From IMG/VR virus record IMGVR_UViG_2744054912_000002: 51,139 bases of DNA; one strand, given 5' to 3'. This DNA is from a virus (Duplodnaviria; Heunggongvirae; Uroviricota; Caudoviricetes). The notes beneath the pieces were generated by a model. It ran no database searches and had not been told where the DNA came from. It worked only from the letters and a program-made list of their open reading frames with translations. Every line of letters begins with the position of its first letter. The stretch's first letter is position 1. Of this stretch, positions 9,559 to 18,921 are shown in pieces. Made by a program: the position numbers and the translations under genes.

Positions 9559-9951
9559 TTATTCTATGCTTTCGATGAGAAGACCATGTTCATAACATTT
9601 AAGCTCATCGCCTTCGTACAGGAATTGGTATCCAACACCACCACCTTCCGGAACATTAGGGAATAAATCATCACTTACCGAAGAACAAATCACACCAATG
9701 CAGCGATCAACGCCTTCTCGTTCTTCAGTGCTGAAAAAATCCTCTTCGGTAAGAACATGAGTACATTGCTCATCAGCATAGGTCGGAAATACATGCTCGA
9801 TGCAATCCGGGTGTTTTAAACCAAGCTGATCGGCAAGCTCGAAAGCATGACGGTATTGTTCAGATCCTGGCTTGCCAACAGTGATGTGCTCAATTTTGTA
9901 GATTGAAGTCGCTTTGTTGATAGTTTGCTTTACTGTTACTTTATCAGACAT
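9559..9951 (-). CDS. Hypothetical protein (upfA-like by position)
   Basis: 130-aa ORF directly adjacent to oriR. Confidence 0.55.
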   Translation of the reverse strand: MSDKVTVKQTINKATSIYKIEHITVGKPGSEQYRHAFELADQLGLKHPDCIEHVFPTYADEQCTHVLTEEDFFSTEEREGVDRCIGVICSSVSDDLFPNVPEGGGVGYQFLYEGDELKCYEHGLLIESIE

Positions 9952-9962
9952 AAAAATCCCTT

Positions 9963-10214
9963 TTAGTTACCGCTGATAGCGCGGTTGTAATCATTAACGT
10001 TGCGATTCTTCCTGTTAATCCCCATCAGCATCGTTTCTGTATCGAGGATATACGCTGGCAGATCATCAAAATATTCACTGCTAAACTCTGGCATTCTGCA
10101 CATAAATGCACTTTTGGGGGCAGGGTGGTTAACCTTTGTCGGCGTCGGCGTTAAATTCGCTGATCGACTCCCGGAGCAACCGCTGAGTGTCAGCAGGAAT
10201 GCGCTGGCGAACAT
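9963..10214 (-). CDS. Small lipoprotein (Mlp-like); start placed at internal Met preceding the lipobox
   Basis: Signal peptide plus lipobox LTLSGC in MFASAFLLTLSGCSGS; the longer ORF 9963-10295 overlaps the upstream gene. Confidence 0.55.
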   Translation of the reverse strand: MFASAFLLTLSGCSGSRSANLTPTPTKVNHPAPKSAFMCRMPEFSSEYFDDLPAYILDTETMLMGINRKNRNVNDYNRAISGN

Positions 10215-10551
10215 TACCCGCCGCAACCAGTTGTTTCTGAACTTCAGCTTTTCGTTCCATTTGCCTGTCAGCATATTTGGCTTGTTCTGATTCATTTTTC
10301 ACTTCCTGGCTGTGAAAATGTTGCTCTGCTTTGTTCATCGTCTCAATGGTCTGGTTAAGATCCATTATTGACTTATCACGTTCCTTAACAGCCTGATCAA
10401 GACTGCCAATTTTCTCGATGGCTTGCTTTAGCTGATGACGTTCCCATGCAAACCCAGCACCAACAAGTGCGCAAATCAGAACAAGAACACCAGTAGCAGC
10501 AAGTTTCTCCTTCAAAGACAAAGCTGTTTTTAACGTAGAAAAGAATGACAT
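10129..10551 (-). CDS. Membrane-anchored coiled-coil protein (PpfA-like)
   Basis: Start chosen at second ATG preceded by CAGGAGGAAG; TM segment TGVLVLICALVGAGFAW. Confidence 0.5.
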   Translation of the reverse strand: MSFFSTLKTALSLKEKLAATGVLVLICALVGAGFAWERHQLKQAIEKIGSLDQAVKERDKSIMDLNQTIETMNKAEQHFHSQEVKNESEQAKYADRQMERKAEVQKQLVAAGNVRQRIPADTQRLLRESISEFNADADKG

Positions 10552-10590
10552 GTCTTCCTCCTGAAGAAAAATTATCAATGAAGTCCTTTG

Positions 10591-11379
10591 TTACTGTGCC
10601 GCTTTGTTTAATTCATCAAGAACAGAATCAGGAACCAAAGCGGCAACTGCGCTGGCTGTGCTGACCTTATTTGCTGATGCTTCCGCAAGCGCGGTACCGA
10701 TAGCATGGTTATAAGCAGTTATGGCTACGTTGGCGCTTTCATTCGCTCGTTCATACTGCTGTTGTAACGCAGTTGTGGGCGCTGTTGTCTGGTTGAAAAC
10801 AACCCCAAACTGTTCAGTTGCTACTTTCAGAGATTCAATTTGCTCTTCTGTTAGTGCTGGTGGGGGAGTGGCAGTGCCGCCGCCTGAACCAGAGCTTGAC
10901 GAGCTTCCTGAGCCAGTGTTAAGGGTCTGGTTAATCTCCCCCATAGCAGCGACTAAACTTGATGTATTAAGCGCGTTAACAGCGTCCTCAAGCGATTTAG
11001 TAATATTCACATCACCAATGGCAATAGAGATCGGCAGTTCTGAAACTTCTCGCTCATTAGCACGGCAGTAAACATCCCAACCAATATCGAGTTGAAGCAG
11101 CATTGACTGATCTGCATAACCAGCCAACAGGTCCGCGTGCTTAGTTGCCAGTTCTCCAATGTTCGTTAAGCCGGTTGTGGTTGTTCTGATCGTTGAAACA
11201 TAGCTGGTAATAGTGTCGGGATAGACAATTGTATCCAGAATTAATCCGGTCAATTCTTCTGCAAGCAGTTTTGCTGTGTTAGCACTGTTTCGTGCCGATG
11301 TTATGGCACCAGGTGTTTTCATCCCACCGGCGGCGGCCAATTTTTTATATGCGGATAACTGGTAGTCTTTTTCCAGCAT
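10591..11379 (-). CDS. Hypothetical protein with Ser/Gly-rich linker (upfB-like)
   Basis: Start at internal ATG preceded by TAGGAG; GSGSSSSSGSGGG low-complexity region. Confidence 0.5.
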   Translation of the reverse strand: MLEKDYQLSAYKKLAAAGGMKTPGAITSARNSANTAKLLAEELTGLILDTIVYPDTITSYVSTIRTTTTGLTNIGELATKHADLLAGYADQSMLLQLDIGWDVYCRANEREVSELPISIAIGDVNITKSLEDAVNALNTSSLVAAMGEINQTLNTGSGSSSSSGSGGGTATPPPALTEEQIESLKVATEQFGVVFNQTTAPTTALQQQYERANESANVAITAYNHAIGTALAEASANKVSTASAVAALVPDSVLDELNKAAQ

Positions 11380-11387
11380 GATATCTC

Positions 11388-11672
11388 CTAACTTACCTGA
11401 ACCAGGCCGTCTCCGGACGCTACGGTAGATCCGCATGAAACAGGGTCACCAACGCATACGATCCCTTTACCATTGACGGTAAACCATGCCCTGGTTGATA
11501 TAGCTTGCCCACCGTGCGTACTGTTTCCATCGGTATGCTGTGCATATTGCTTACCATCAACTAACACTTCGACTCCGTTGACTTTAAGTAGTGGTTCACT
11601 CTCTACAGGAGGCCTGGATGGGAATCCTCCGTGCCCCGAACAAATGCTGTCTTTTGTTGCAATACTTGCCAC
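11388..11672 (-). CDS. Small Cys/Gly/His-rich protein (upfC-like)
   Basis: 94-aa ORF, stop overlaps the RBS of the downstream gene. Confidence 0.45.
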   Translation of the reverse strand: MASIATKDSICSGHGGFPSRPPVESEPLLKVNGVEVLVDGKQYAQHTDGNSTHGGQAISTRAWFTVNGKGIVCVGDPVSCGSTVASGDGLVQVS

Positions 11673-11752
11673 GTCATCACCAATTATTTGCTCTGGTTTT
11701 CGTTATTTTAACTTAGGTTACTTGTGGTCTACATGGTGTTAACCATTACATT

Positions 11753-11769
11753 ATTGCTCTAATAAATAT
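11753..11769 (+). promoter_or_regulatory. C1 repressor operator-like site upstream of uhr-hrdC-dmt
   Basis: ATTGCTCTAATAAATAT matches the asymmetric 17-bp P1 C1 operator consensus ATTGCTCTAATAAATTT. Confidence 0.7.
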
Positions 11770-11840
11770 TGTTTTTTATGTCGTGTTTTCGGTACCATTC
11801 AGCCATCGCCCTTCAATGGGTATTTGTTTGGAGTCGTCAG

Positions 11841-12125
11841 ATGCAGATGGAGCTAATAAGCCGCAAAGAGTTCGATAGCCGTGTAACCAGCGGTGAACTC
11901 GACAACTTGCAGGCTATCAAGGTGAAAGAAGGCTTTTGCCTCATTGGGAATCAGAGCGGAACAAATCGCGTTTTTATGCTTCGCCGTACGGATTTGAAGC
12001 CATTTGTCTGGAAGAACGAAATTGGTCCCAGCTCATACGCTCAAACTAGGGGGTGCCTCAACCTGGCCTTTTTCTACAAAAACGAGCTTTCTGTGGTTGA
12101 TATTCAAGGGTTACAACATGTTTAA
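11841..12125 (+). CDS. Hypothetical protein upstream of hrdC (uhr-like)
   Basis: Start at ATG preceded by GGAG (longer ORF in track starts at 11769); overlaps hrdC start by 8 nt. Confidence 0.5.
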   Translation: MQMELISRKEFDSRVTSGELDNLQAIKVKEGFCLIGNQSGTNRVFMLRRTDLKPFVWKNEIGPSSYAQTRGCLNLAFFYKNELSVVDIQGLQHV

Positions 12126-13023
12126 GCACTGGAAAAACATTACTATTTATAAACTTTCTCGTGAGGCGGATCTGACCGACTTAGAAGATAAAAAGAAAAT
12201 GATCCTTTTCACGCCATGCGGTAGTCAGGATATGGCCAAGTTCGGTTTTGTATCTCCATTTGGTGATAATTCCGAAGTTATCGCTATGCATGGAAATGGT
12301 TTTATCCTTGTTGAGGCAAAGCGCGAAACAAAAATTCTTCCCCCGCCGGTTATCCAGCGAGCTATTCAAGAAAAAATTGAAAAACTCGAGCAAGAACAAG
12401 CGCGTAAACTGAAGAAAACAGCGAAGGACTCCCTGAAAGACGAAGTTCTGCATTCTCTTCTGCCACGGGCTTTTTCAAAGTTTTCTGTTATCCAGGCGAT
12501 CTACGACGGTTCAACTAAACGTATCTATATCAATGCCAGCGCGCGGCAGGCAGAGGATATGCTCGCGCTTATGCGTAAATCTCTGGGTTCTCTTCCTGTT
12601 GTTCCCCTAAGTGTTGAAAATCCCATTGAATTAACGCTGACCGACTGGGTACGTGATGGTAGTGCTCCACAGGGATTTCAAATGGGGGATGCGGCAGAAC
12701 TTAAGGCAGTGCTTGAGGATGGCGGTATTGCCCGAGTGAAAAAGCAGGACTTGGGAAGTGATGAAATATCCACACACCTGGAAGCTGGCAAGCTCGTCAC
12801 TAAGTTGGCACTCGACTGGCAGAACCGCATTAAATTTACACTGGACCATAACTTCAGCCTTACCAGCGTCAAATTTGCGGATGAATTGCTTGAGCAGAAC
12901 TCTGATATTGATAGTGAAGATGTTGCGCAGCGACTGGACGCAGATTTCTTCCTGTTGACCAGTGAAATTTCGTGCCTGGTTGATGCTCTGGTAAATGCCC
13001 TTGGTGGAGAGGCTAAGCAGTGA
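12118..13023 (+). CDS. hrdC: RdgC-homologous recombination-associated protein
   Basis: From [16 protein letters not shown]...[17 protein letters not shown], strongly RdgC-like N-terminus; 302 aa. Confidence 0.85.
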   Translation: MFKHWKNITIYKLSREADLTDLEDKKKMILFTPCGSQDMAKFGFVSPFGDNSEVIAMHGNGFILVEAKRETKILPPPVIQRAIQEKIEKLEQEQARKLKKTAKDSLKDEVLHSLLPRAFSKFSVIQAIYDGSTKRIYINASARQAEDMLALMRKSLGSLPVVPLSVENPIELTLTDWVRDGSAPQGFQMGDAAELKAVLEDGGIARVKKQDLGSDEISTHLEAGKLVTKLALDWQNRIKFTLDHNFSLTSVKFADELLEQNSDIDSEDVAQRLDADFFLLTSEISCLVDALVNALGGEAKQ

Positions 13024-16000
13024 AAGAGCTGTGCTATGGATCTGTTTGCAGTGGAATTGAAGCCGCGAGTATTGCCTGGGAACCGTTGGGTATGCGTCCG
13101 GTGTGGTTTGCTGAAATCGAGCCTTTTCCATCGGCCGTTCTTGCGCTCCGCTGGCCCCATGTCGCCAACCTTGGCGACATGACAAAACTTGCCAAAAAAG
13201 TCTTGGCTGGGGAAATCGAATCCCCTGACGTGCTCGTCGGGGGAACACCATGTTTTACCGCGGGGCATATGGTTCTTTGTAAAAATGGTTATAAACCAAT
13301 AGAAGATGTTTGCCCTGGCGATTACGTAGTCAGTCATCTCGGGCGGTTACAACAAGTAAAAAGAGTTGGTTCAAAAATAGCTAATACGGGGTTACTTAAT
13401 GCCGTTGGGCAGCCTTTAGGTATAAGAACAACCAATGACCATCTCTTCCTGGCTGTTCGGTGGAAAGCCCAAAACACCCGGAAAAATGGCACATATTTTA
13501 AGAGAGAGTTGTTGTCTGAACCGGAATGGCGAGCAGCATGTGATATGCCGGGATATCAATGGTGCGCTCTAACTAATTTCAATATTGCATCTCCAGATAT
13601 TTGTTCTCGGTTCTTGACTGAAGAACAGGCTATGTATCTTGCGGGCGCTTATGTTGGCGATGGATATATTAGGAGATGGAGAGGTAAATCTAAGAAGGCG
13701 GTTGTTTTTGGCATAAATTGCCAGAAATTGAGAAAGTTTCATTGCCGCATACCAGAAAACATATTTTCCGTGGCAAGCGAAATCCGAGGGAGCATCAAAG
13801 TAACCTTGAATGATACGTGTTATGCCAATTGGCTTAATGAACATTTTGGCGAGTTAAGCCATGCTAAGCGTATCCCTGCATGGGTGATGTCGCATCCATT
13901 GCGTCATGTGTTTTTACAAGGCTATCTTGATACTGATGGGACACCAAGTGGTAAAGCGGGATTTAGAATTAATAGTGTTAGTCCTGCGCTTGCTTGGGGC
14001 GTTGCGGGGTTGTCACAGACTTGTGGTTATGTTTCTTCGGTCAGCTTTATTGAAGTTGAGCCCAAAAAAGTGATCGAGGATCGCGTGGTAAATCAACGGA
14101 ATTATTATCAGGTAACAATCTGCCCGCAGAAATTGTCACGTAAATCAAGATTGGCTCATGGAATGCTTTTACGAACAGTCAAAGAGTTTAAATCGGTAGG
14201 CCTAGATACTGTATACAACATAGAAGTCGAAGGTGATCATTCCTATATCCTCAATGGTGCGGTGGTCCATAACTGTCAGGCATTCAGTATCGCGGGATTA
14301 CGTGGTGGGCTTGATGATGAGCGTGGCGCGCTAACTTTAAAGTATGTGGAGCTTGCAAATGCAATTGACGACAAACGGGCTGAGTCATTTCTCAAACCGA
14401 CAGTTATCGTCTGGGAAAATGTCCCAGGAGTCCTGTCATCGGCAGATAACGCCTTCGGATGTTTCCTTGCCGGATTGGCTGGAGAAGATGCGCCATTTGA
14501 ACCAGGTGATCGACCTGAATCAGGAAAAAGTAACGCGTTCTGGCGGTGGGATGGCAAAACCGGTTGCCATGCTCCAAAGTGGCCGCAGTGTGGTTGTATT
14601 TATGGACCGCAGCGAAAGGTGGCCTGGAGAATCCTTGATGCCCAATACTTCGGAGTGGCACAACGACGCCGACGCGTGTTTGTTGTCGCAAGTGCTCGAA
14701 CAGACCTCGATCCCGCAACGGTACTTTTTGAGTTCGAAGGCGTGCGCCGGAATATTGCGCCGAGCCGAAAAAAGAAGGAAATCGCTTCCGCCATTATTGC
14801 AAATGGCGCTGCAATCAGTGGCGAAAGCCTAAATCCATGCCTACACGCTGACATGCCACCCGGTATGAAATCGACGAAAGCCGTAAACGCTTTCAGGATG
14901 GCAGCATTTGGGGAATATATTGACGATGAAACCGCATCGACAGTAAAGGCAAGAGATTTTAAAGATGCCACTGACCTTGCCGTTTTTAGCAGCACAGGAG
15001 CAGGTTTTTGGTCAGAAGGGCATGGTACATTGCGGGCACGTGAGCAAGAAAGCCATGAGCATCTTGTTACATTGGCTTTTCCTGAGCGTATGAGCGGTAC
15101 ACAACATGCTGCAACTAAGAATACTTCACCATCTCTAATGGCTAAAAATCCAACAGCTGTTTGCTATGAAGTAAGAAACGCAGAAGTAGCTGTCCGCCGT
15201 CTTACCCCTGTCGAATGTGAAAGGCTGCAAGGTTTTCCTGATGGGAATACGTTGATCCCGACGGAAAAGCGTAAAAAAGTTAATTCAGATGAACTGGCAT
15301 ATCTTCGCAATCACTATCCAGATTTAAGCGAAGAAGAGGCCGCGATGCTTGCAGCTGACGGACCGCGTTACAAAGCGATCGGCAATAGTATGGCAATACC
15401 AGTAATGCGCTGGATTGGCGATCGGATTACTAAGGCCGTATGTCGGCAGAAAGAAGGAAGTGAAACAAAAGAGCGAAAAGTTAAACCAGCGGCAGAATTC
15501 GAACGGTCCATATTCAAATGGGCTGGTGGAAAATTTGGTGTTCTGGAACAAATCTTTCGCTATTTGCCAGAAGGGAAGCGCCTGATTGAACCTTTCGTTG
15601 GTGGCGGAGCTGTCTTCATGAATGCCGGATACCAGGAAAATCTGCTAAATGATGTGAATGCTGACCTGATTAACTTTTACAAGACTCTGCAACGCGAGGC
15701 GCATTCACTTATCACTCTGGCACATCGTTTCTTCCAGGACTACAACACACAGGAAGGATACCTGGCAGTACGGAATGCGTTTAACAAACAAGTCTATGAT
15801 GATTTACATCGCGCAGCGGCGTTTTTGTTCCTGAACCGACATTGTTTTAACGGATTGACGCGTTACAACCAGGCCGGTGAGTTCAATGTCGGTTATGGGA
15901 AGTATAAAACTCCGTATTTCCCATTACAGGAGATGGAAGCCTTCCTCGGTGCGGAAGGGCGGTCTGAGTTTGTATGCGGTGATTTTGCAGCGGTGATTGA

Positions 16001-16307
16001 AGCTGCCGGAGAAGGAGATGTCATCTTTTGCGATCCGCCGTATGAACCGCTTCCAAATACAGAGGGATTCACGAACTATTCCGGTCATGACTTTAAGTTT
16101 GAAGAGCAAAAACGCCTGGTGTCTCTGTTGACGGATGCTCATCGTCGAGGTGCAAAGGTTCTCATTACTAACAGTGGCGCGCCAAACATCAGAGAGCTTT
16201 ATCATGACAGTGGCTTCAGAGTGGAACCTCTTTTTGCCAGACGTTCTGTGTCTTGTAAGGGGGACACTCGAGGTGTAGCTCATGACGTTTTGGGTGTATT
16301 GCTCTAA
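13020..16307 (+). CDS. dmt: DNA methyltransferase Dmt (N-terminal C5-cytosine MTase domain fused to C-terminal Dam-like N6-adenine MTase), interrupted in frame by an intein
   Basis: C5-MTase motifs: motif [10 protein letters not shown], motif IV GGTP|...|CQAFS, ENV (WENVPGVLS), motif [11 protein letters not shown]; Dam motifs [20 protein letters not shown]; 1095 aa, 754 aa after intein removal. Confidence 0.9.
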   Translation: MKELCYGSVCSGIEAASIAWEPLGMRPVWFAEIEPFPSAVLALRWPHVANLGDMTKLAKKVLAGEIESPDVLVGGTPCFTAGHMVLCKNGYKPIEDVCPGDYVVSHLGRLQQVKRVGSKIANTGLLNAVGQPLGIRTTNDHLFLAVRWKAQNTRKNGTYFKRELLSEPEWRAACDMPGYQWCALTNFNIASPDICSRFLTEEQAMYLAGAYVGDGYIRRWRGKSKKAVVFGINCQKLRKFHCRIPENIFSVASEIRGSIKVTLNDTCYANWLNEHFGELSHAKRIPAWVMSHPLRHVFLQGYLDTDGTPSGKAGFRINSVSPALAWGVAGLSQTCGYVSSVSFIEVEPKKVIEDRVVNQRNYYQVTICPQKLSRKSRLAHGMLLRTVKEFKSVGLDTVYNIEVEGDHSYILNGAVVHNCQAFSIAGLRGGLDDERGALTLKYVELANAIDDKRAESFLKPTVIVWENVPGVLSSADNAFGCFLAGLAGEDAPFEPGDRPESGKSNAFWRWDGKTGCHAPKWPQCGCIYGPQRKVAWRILDAQYFGVAQRRRRVFVVASARTDLDPATVLFEFEGVRRNIAPSRKKKEIASAIIANGAAISGESLNPCLHADMPPGMKSTKAVNAFRMAAFGEYIDDETASTVKARDFKDATDLAVFSSTGAGFWSEGHGTLRAREQESHEHLVTLAFPERMSGTQHAATKNTSPSLMAKNPTAVCYEVRNAEVAVRRLTPVECERLQGFPDGNTLIPTEKRKKVNSDELAYLRNHYPDLSEEEAAMLAADGPRYKAIGNSMAIPVMRWIGDRITKAVCRQKEGSETKERKVKPAAEFERSIFKWAGGKFGVLEQIFRYLPEGKRLIEPFVGGGAVFMNAGYQENLLNDVNADLINFYKTLQREAHSLITLAHRFFQDYNTQEGYLAVRNAFNKQVYDDLHRAAAFLFLNRHCFNGLTRYNQAGEFNVGYGKYKTPYFPLQEMEAFLGAEGRSEFVCGDFAAVIEAAGEGDVIFCDPPYEPLPNTEGFTNYSGHDFKFEEQKRLVSLLTDAHRRGAKVLITNSGAPNIRELYHDSGFRVEPLFARRSVSCKGDTRGVAHDVLGVLL
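13251..14273 (+). other. Intein (341 aa) with LAGLIDADG homing-endonuclease domain inserted at the catalytic Pro-Cys of the C5-MTase
   Basis: Starts Cys ([13 protein letters not shown], block A), block [21 protein letters not shown] motifs [11 protein letters not shown] and [12 protein letters not shown], terminal blocks [21 protein letters not shown] followed by +1 Cys of CQAFS. Confidence 0.85.
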
Positions 16308-16314
16308 TAAATTT
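16298..16314 (+). promoter_or_regulatory. C1 operator-like site overlapping the dmt stop codon
   Basis: ATTGCTCTAATAAATTT, perfect consensus; dmt TAA lies inside it. Confidence 0.7.
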
Positions 16315-16488
16315 ATTAGTGTAATATCGCCTCAATGAATCGTGATTTATAGAGCGATTTAGCTGTTAGCCGCGACAGGCGCGGCGGTAAGCATGGCTGG
16401 GCCTAGTCCTCCCAGACAAACCACCGAGTTGCCAGGTTGACCATGCGCCTAAGTGGCAACGCCGAAGTGCGTTACGAGCTTCCAGTTT

Positions 16489-16514
16489 GCCCATCTTCGG
16501 GTGGGCGTTTTTTT
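16489..16514 (+). terminator. Rho-independent terminator-like hairpin
   Basis: gcccatc-ttcg-ggtgggc followed by T7. Confidence 0.5.
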
Positions 16515-16980
16515 CAGGGTTTTCGTCATGGTTAGCGACTTTGCGGCGGTTTAGAAACTGACCATTAAAGTAAATGCAAACGATGATCTGATGATGGTAG
16601 CGGCCTAAGAAACCAGATGCCACGGGGTATGAGTCGTCCCCCGTCAAAAAAATCGACCGCAGAGTGTCCCCGTCTGTGTATTAGGGAACGGGGAGGCACA
16701 ACAGGTAAGGGCGCTGGTGTGATTAACCAGATGAACGAGAAGGGGCCATCTGTTGGTCAGCGTCCTTTCCTGTTGCGTTTTCTTTTCAGCGTAACAGCGG
16801 TGCTTAACAGCACTTTGGGTACAGTTCCACGAATTTACGGGTATATCCCGTCATGCTGAAGGCGCTAATCACGCTGGAAGCCAGGGTTGTGCATCCCCTG
16901 TTACCGAATTGCAGCCAGGGCGCGGTGCGCCGAAAAGCATACGGAGGTGGAAGCCCTCGCCGGAGACGTACCCGGCAGGT

Positions 16981-17055
16981 GATGGTGTAGCTCAGCGGTT
17001 AGAGCGGTTGACTGTTAATCAACGGGTCGATGGTTAAATCCATCCACCATCGCCA
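16981..17055 (+). tRNA. tRNA-Asn (anticodon GUU), CCA encoded
   Basis: Hand-folded cloverleaf: acceptor GATGGTG/CACCATC, D-arm GCTC-AGCGGTTA-GAGC, anticodon loop CTGTTAA; T-loop appears to be 6 nt (TTAAAT) in my fold, so boundaries are approximate. Confidence 0.75.
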
Positions 17056-17057
17056 AT

Positions 17058-17133
17058 GCCGGTTTAGCTCAGTTGGTAGAGCGCCTGCCTTGTAAGCAGG
17101 ATGTCAGCGGTTCGAGTCCGTTAATCGGCACCA
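17058..17133 (+). tRNA. tRNA-Thr (anticodon UGU), CCA encoded
   Basis: Acceptor GCCGGTT/AATCGGC, D-arm GCTC-AGTTGGTA-GAGC, anticodon loop CTTGTAA, T-arm AGCGG-TTCGAGT-CCGTT; 2 nt after tRNA-Asn. Confidence 0.85.
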
Positions 17134-17864
17134 GCACAACAGGTAAGGGTATTTTGCGACGTCGGAGATCGCCGAGCTTGGCAGAGGGTTCGAATCCCTA
17201 CGAAGTACCCTTACCGTTGTGATGAAGTGCAGCTCTTTGAAGCAACCAGAAGATAAGCATCTGGCTTCACAACATAAACCGCAGGAACGACCAATAAACG
17301 GTAGTCCGTATGGAGAACACCCCGTTGAGGAAGAGGCCTGGCCGGAACCGTAACCGGCACTACAACGTTGAGAACACTGGCGTAACGGGGTCATATCCCA
17401 ATCTACGAATAAATGTTGCGTTGCAGCGTGACAACCAGTGTTCTCAACATTGTGGTGAATGCACAGGCTGATGTGCCGCAACTACAGTAGTGCGCGCTTT
17501 GCGGGGCTTGCTACAACCCTGTGTCGGAGTTCAGCACCGACCATCACAGTTTGATTCTCTGGCATGAGCATAACGCTGAAATAAGTCCAGTCTGGTGCGG
17601 CCCGATCACCCGCCGTTAGCTCCACGAAACGGAGCACGTAACAGGTAAGAGCATTCTCCTGTAACGGGTTCATATCCCAATCTACAGGTCCACCAAGAAT
17701 GCTCTTTCCGTTGCGGTGAATGCGGCTAAGCGCACGCGGGGAAATGGTTATATCTGTCCATTATTTCTCCTTGTTTCCACGTCCACGGTGGATAACCAGC
17801 CAAAGGACACCGGGAGGCACCCGGCACCGCAACCTTATTTCCCAACCAGTAATGAGGTTAATAA

Positions 17865-18290
17865 ATGCTCGGCATTCTCAAAAAGAAATTCCGCAAAGCG
17901 GCTGGCGGAGTCAAGAAGATGGAAAACCGTGATGCGGTGGAAGCGACTGTCTGGGGCGCATATTCCATTGCATACTCTGACGGCACCTGCGATGCGAAAG
18001 AAATTGCAGTATTGGAAAAAACCATTGCAGCACTTCCTGCCTTTGCGCCGTTCTCCGGTGAAATTGCCCAGATGAGCGCCAATATTCGCGCTCAATATGA
18101 AGCCTCGCCGCGCCGAGCGAATGCCCAGGCTTTACGTGAACTGGCTGACGTGTCTGGAACTAATGATGCGGTAGATGTTCTGTGCCTATGCATTGATATT
18201 GCTGACCAGGATGGCATTGGGGCAGAAGAGCAGGAGCAATTGAAGAAAATTGCCCAGGCTCTTCAATTGCCACTGGAACAGTATATCTGA
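17865..18290 (+). CDS. tciA: TerB-like tellurite-resistance/stress protein TciA
   Basis: 141 aa; RBS GAGG; synteny between tRNAs and ban. Confidence 0.7.
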   Translation: MLGILKKKFRKAAGGVKKMENRDAVEATVWGAYSIAYSDGTCDAKEIAVLEKTIAALPAFAPFSGEIAQMSANIRAQYEASPRRANAQALRELADVSGTNDAVDVLCLCIDIADQDGIGAEEQEQLKKIAQALQLPLEQYI

Positions 18291-18454
18291 TGGTTATAAA
18301 AGCACGTCTAATTCTGGCTTTGGTTTTTCTCGTGCTATCTGTGCTGGTGGATTTCACCAGCACAATCCTGTCGGTTTTATCCGACGGGGCGTTGGTAGCA
18401 GTAGCTGTAACATTGGTATGGCCGATATTTAAACCAGCCTCGAAGGATCAGTGA
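18290..18454 (+). CDS. Small hydrophobic membrane protein (tciB-like, 54 aa)
   Basis: ATGA start/stop overlap with tciA; MVIKARLILALVFLVLSVLVDFTSTILSVL...; not in ORF track (below 60 aa); hand-translated. Confidence 0.45.
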   Translation: MVIKARLILALVFLVLSVLVDFTSTILSVLSDGALVAVAVTLVWPIFKPASKDQ

Positions 18455-18561
18455 TGAGCTTCTGGGATTTTGCAGATAAGTATCCAATTGTTCTCATTAT
18501 CATTGTTGCCATAGTTGTAGGCGGTATTGTTAGCGCCATTGAAGCACTTAGGAAACAGTAA
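18454..18561 (+). CDS. Small hydrophobic membrane protein (tciC-like, 35 aa)
   Basis: ATGA overlap with preceding ORF; MSFWDFADKYPIVLIIIVAIVVGGIVSAIEALRKQ; hand-translated. Confidence 0.4.
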   Translation: MSFWDFADKYPIVLIIIVAIVVGGIVSAIEALRKQ

Positions 18562-18564
18562 TCC

Positions 18565-18640
18565 GGCCCTTTAGCTCAGTGGTTAGAGCTGGCGACTCAT
18601 AATCGCACGGTCACCGGTTCAAGTCCGGTAGGGGCCACCA
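18565..18640 (+). tRNA. tRNA with CAU anticodon (Ile2/lysidine-type or Met), CCA encoded
   Basis: Acceptor GGCCCTT/AGGGGCC, D-arm GCTC-AGTGGTTA-GAGC, anticodon loop CTCATAA, T-arm ACCGG-TTCAAGT-CCGGT. Confidence 0.8.
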
Positions 18641-18921
18641 TATTTGGTTGTAACACGGCGTCTGGCACATGCGTCGTTAGCGGTCTGGTGACGTTAAAGG
18701 GGTTACCTTTTCCCCTAGCTCAGGCAACAAACCAGGTAGCCGGAATGTGCAAGCCCCGTTCATAGCGTCGGACTGCGGATTCACCATCTTGGCGATTCGG
18801 TGTGACAGCCGGGAAGAGTCCGGCGAATTAATCCTGATTTTCTGGTGATGACTCATATCGTTAGGAGTGATTTGAGTATGCCGATTATATCTGACATTCA
18901 GCACGCCTGGGTGGAGTGCTA

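Noticed and set aside
12631-13337. Two long - strand ORFs (206 and 219 aa) overlapping hrdC and the dmt 5' end
   Set aside because: Antisense to well-supported genes (RdgC homologue, Dmt) with no start signals.
13251-14273. Alternative reading of the dmt insert as a free-standing homing-endonuclease gene or a group I intron
   Set aside because: There is no stop codon or start signal at either boundary, the frame is continuous with the methyltransferase, and the boundaries show Cys1 and His-Asn then Cys, the intein splice-junction signature, rather than intron features.
16366-16647. 93-aa - strand ORF downstream of dmt
   Set aside because: No RBS, spans a terminator hairpin, and lies in a region otherwise lacking coding signal.
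17104-17673. - strand ORFs (125 and 63 aa) between tRNA-Thr and tciA, possibly corresponding to plp/upl of the P1 map
   Set aside because: No convincing RBS or signal peptide; the 125-aa ORF overlaps tRNA-Thr, and the region is better explained by repeated structured RNA elements. Left unannotated rather than firmly rejected.
17716-18075. 119-aa + strand ORF overlapping tciA
   Set aside because: Out of frame with the RBS-supported TerB-like tciA; highly basic artefact.
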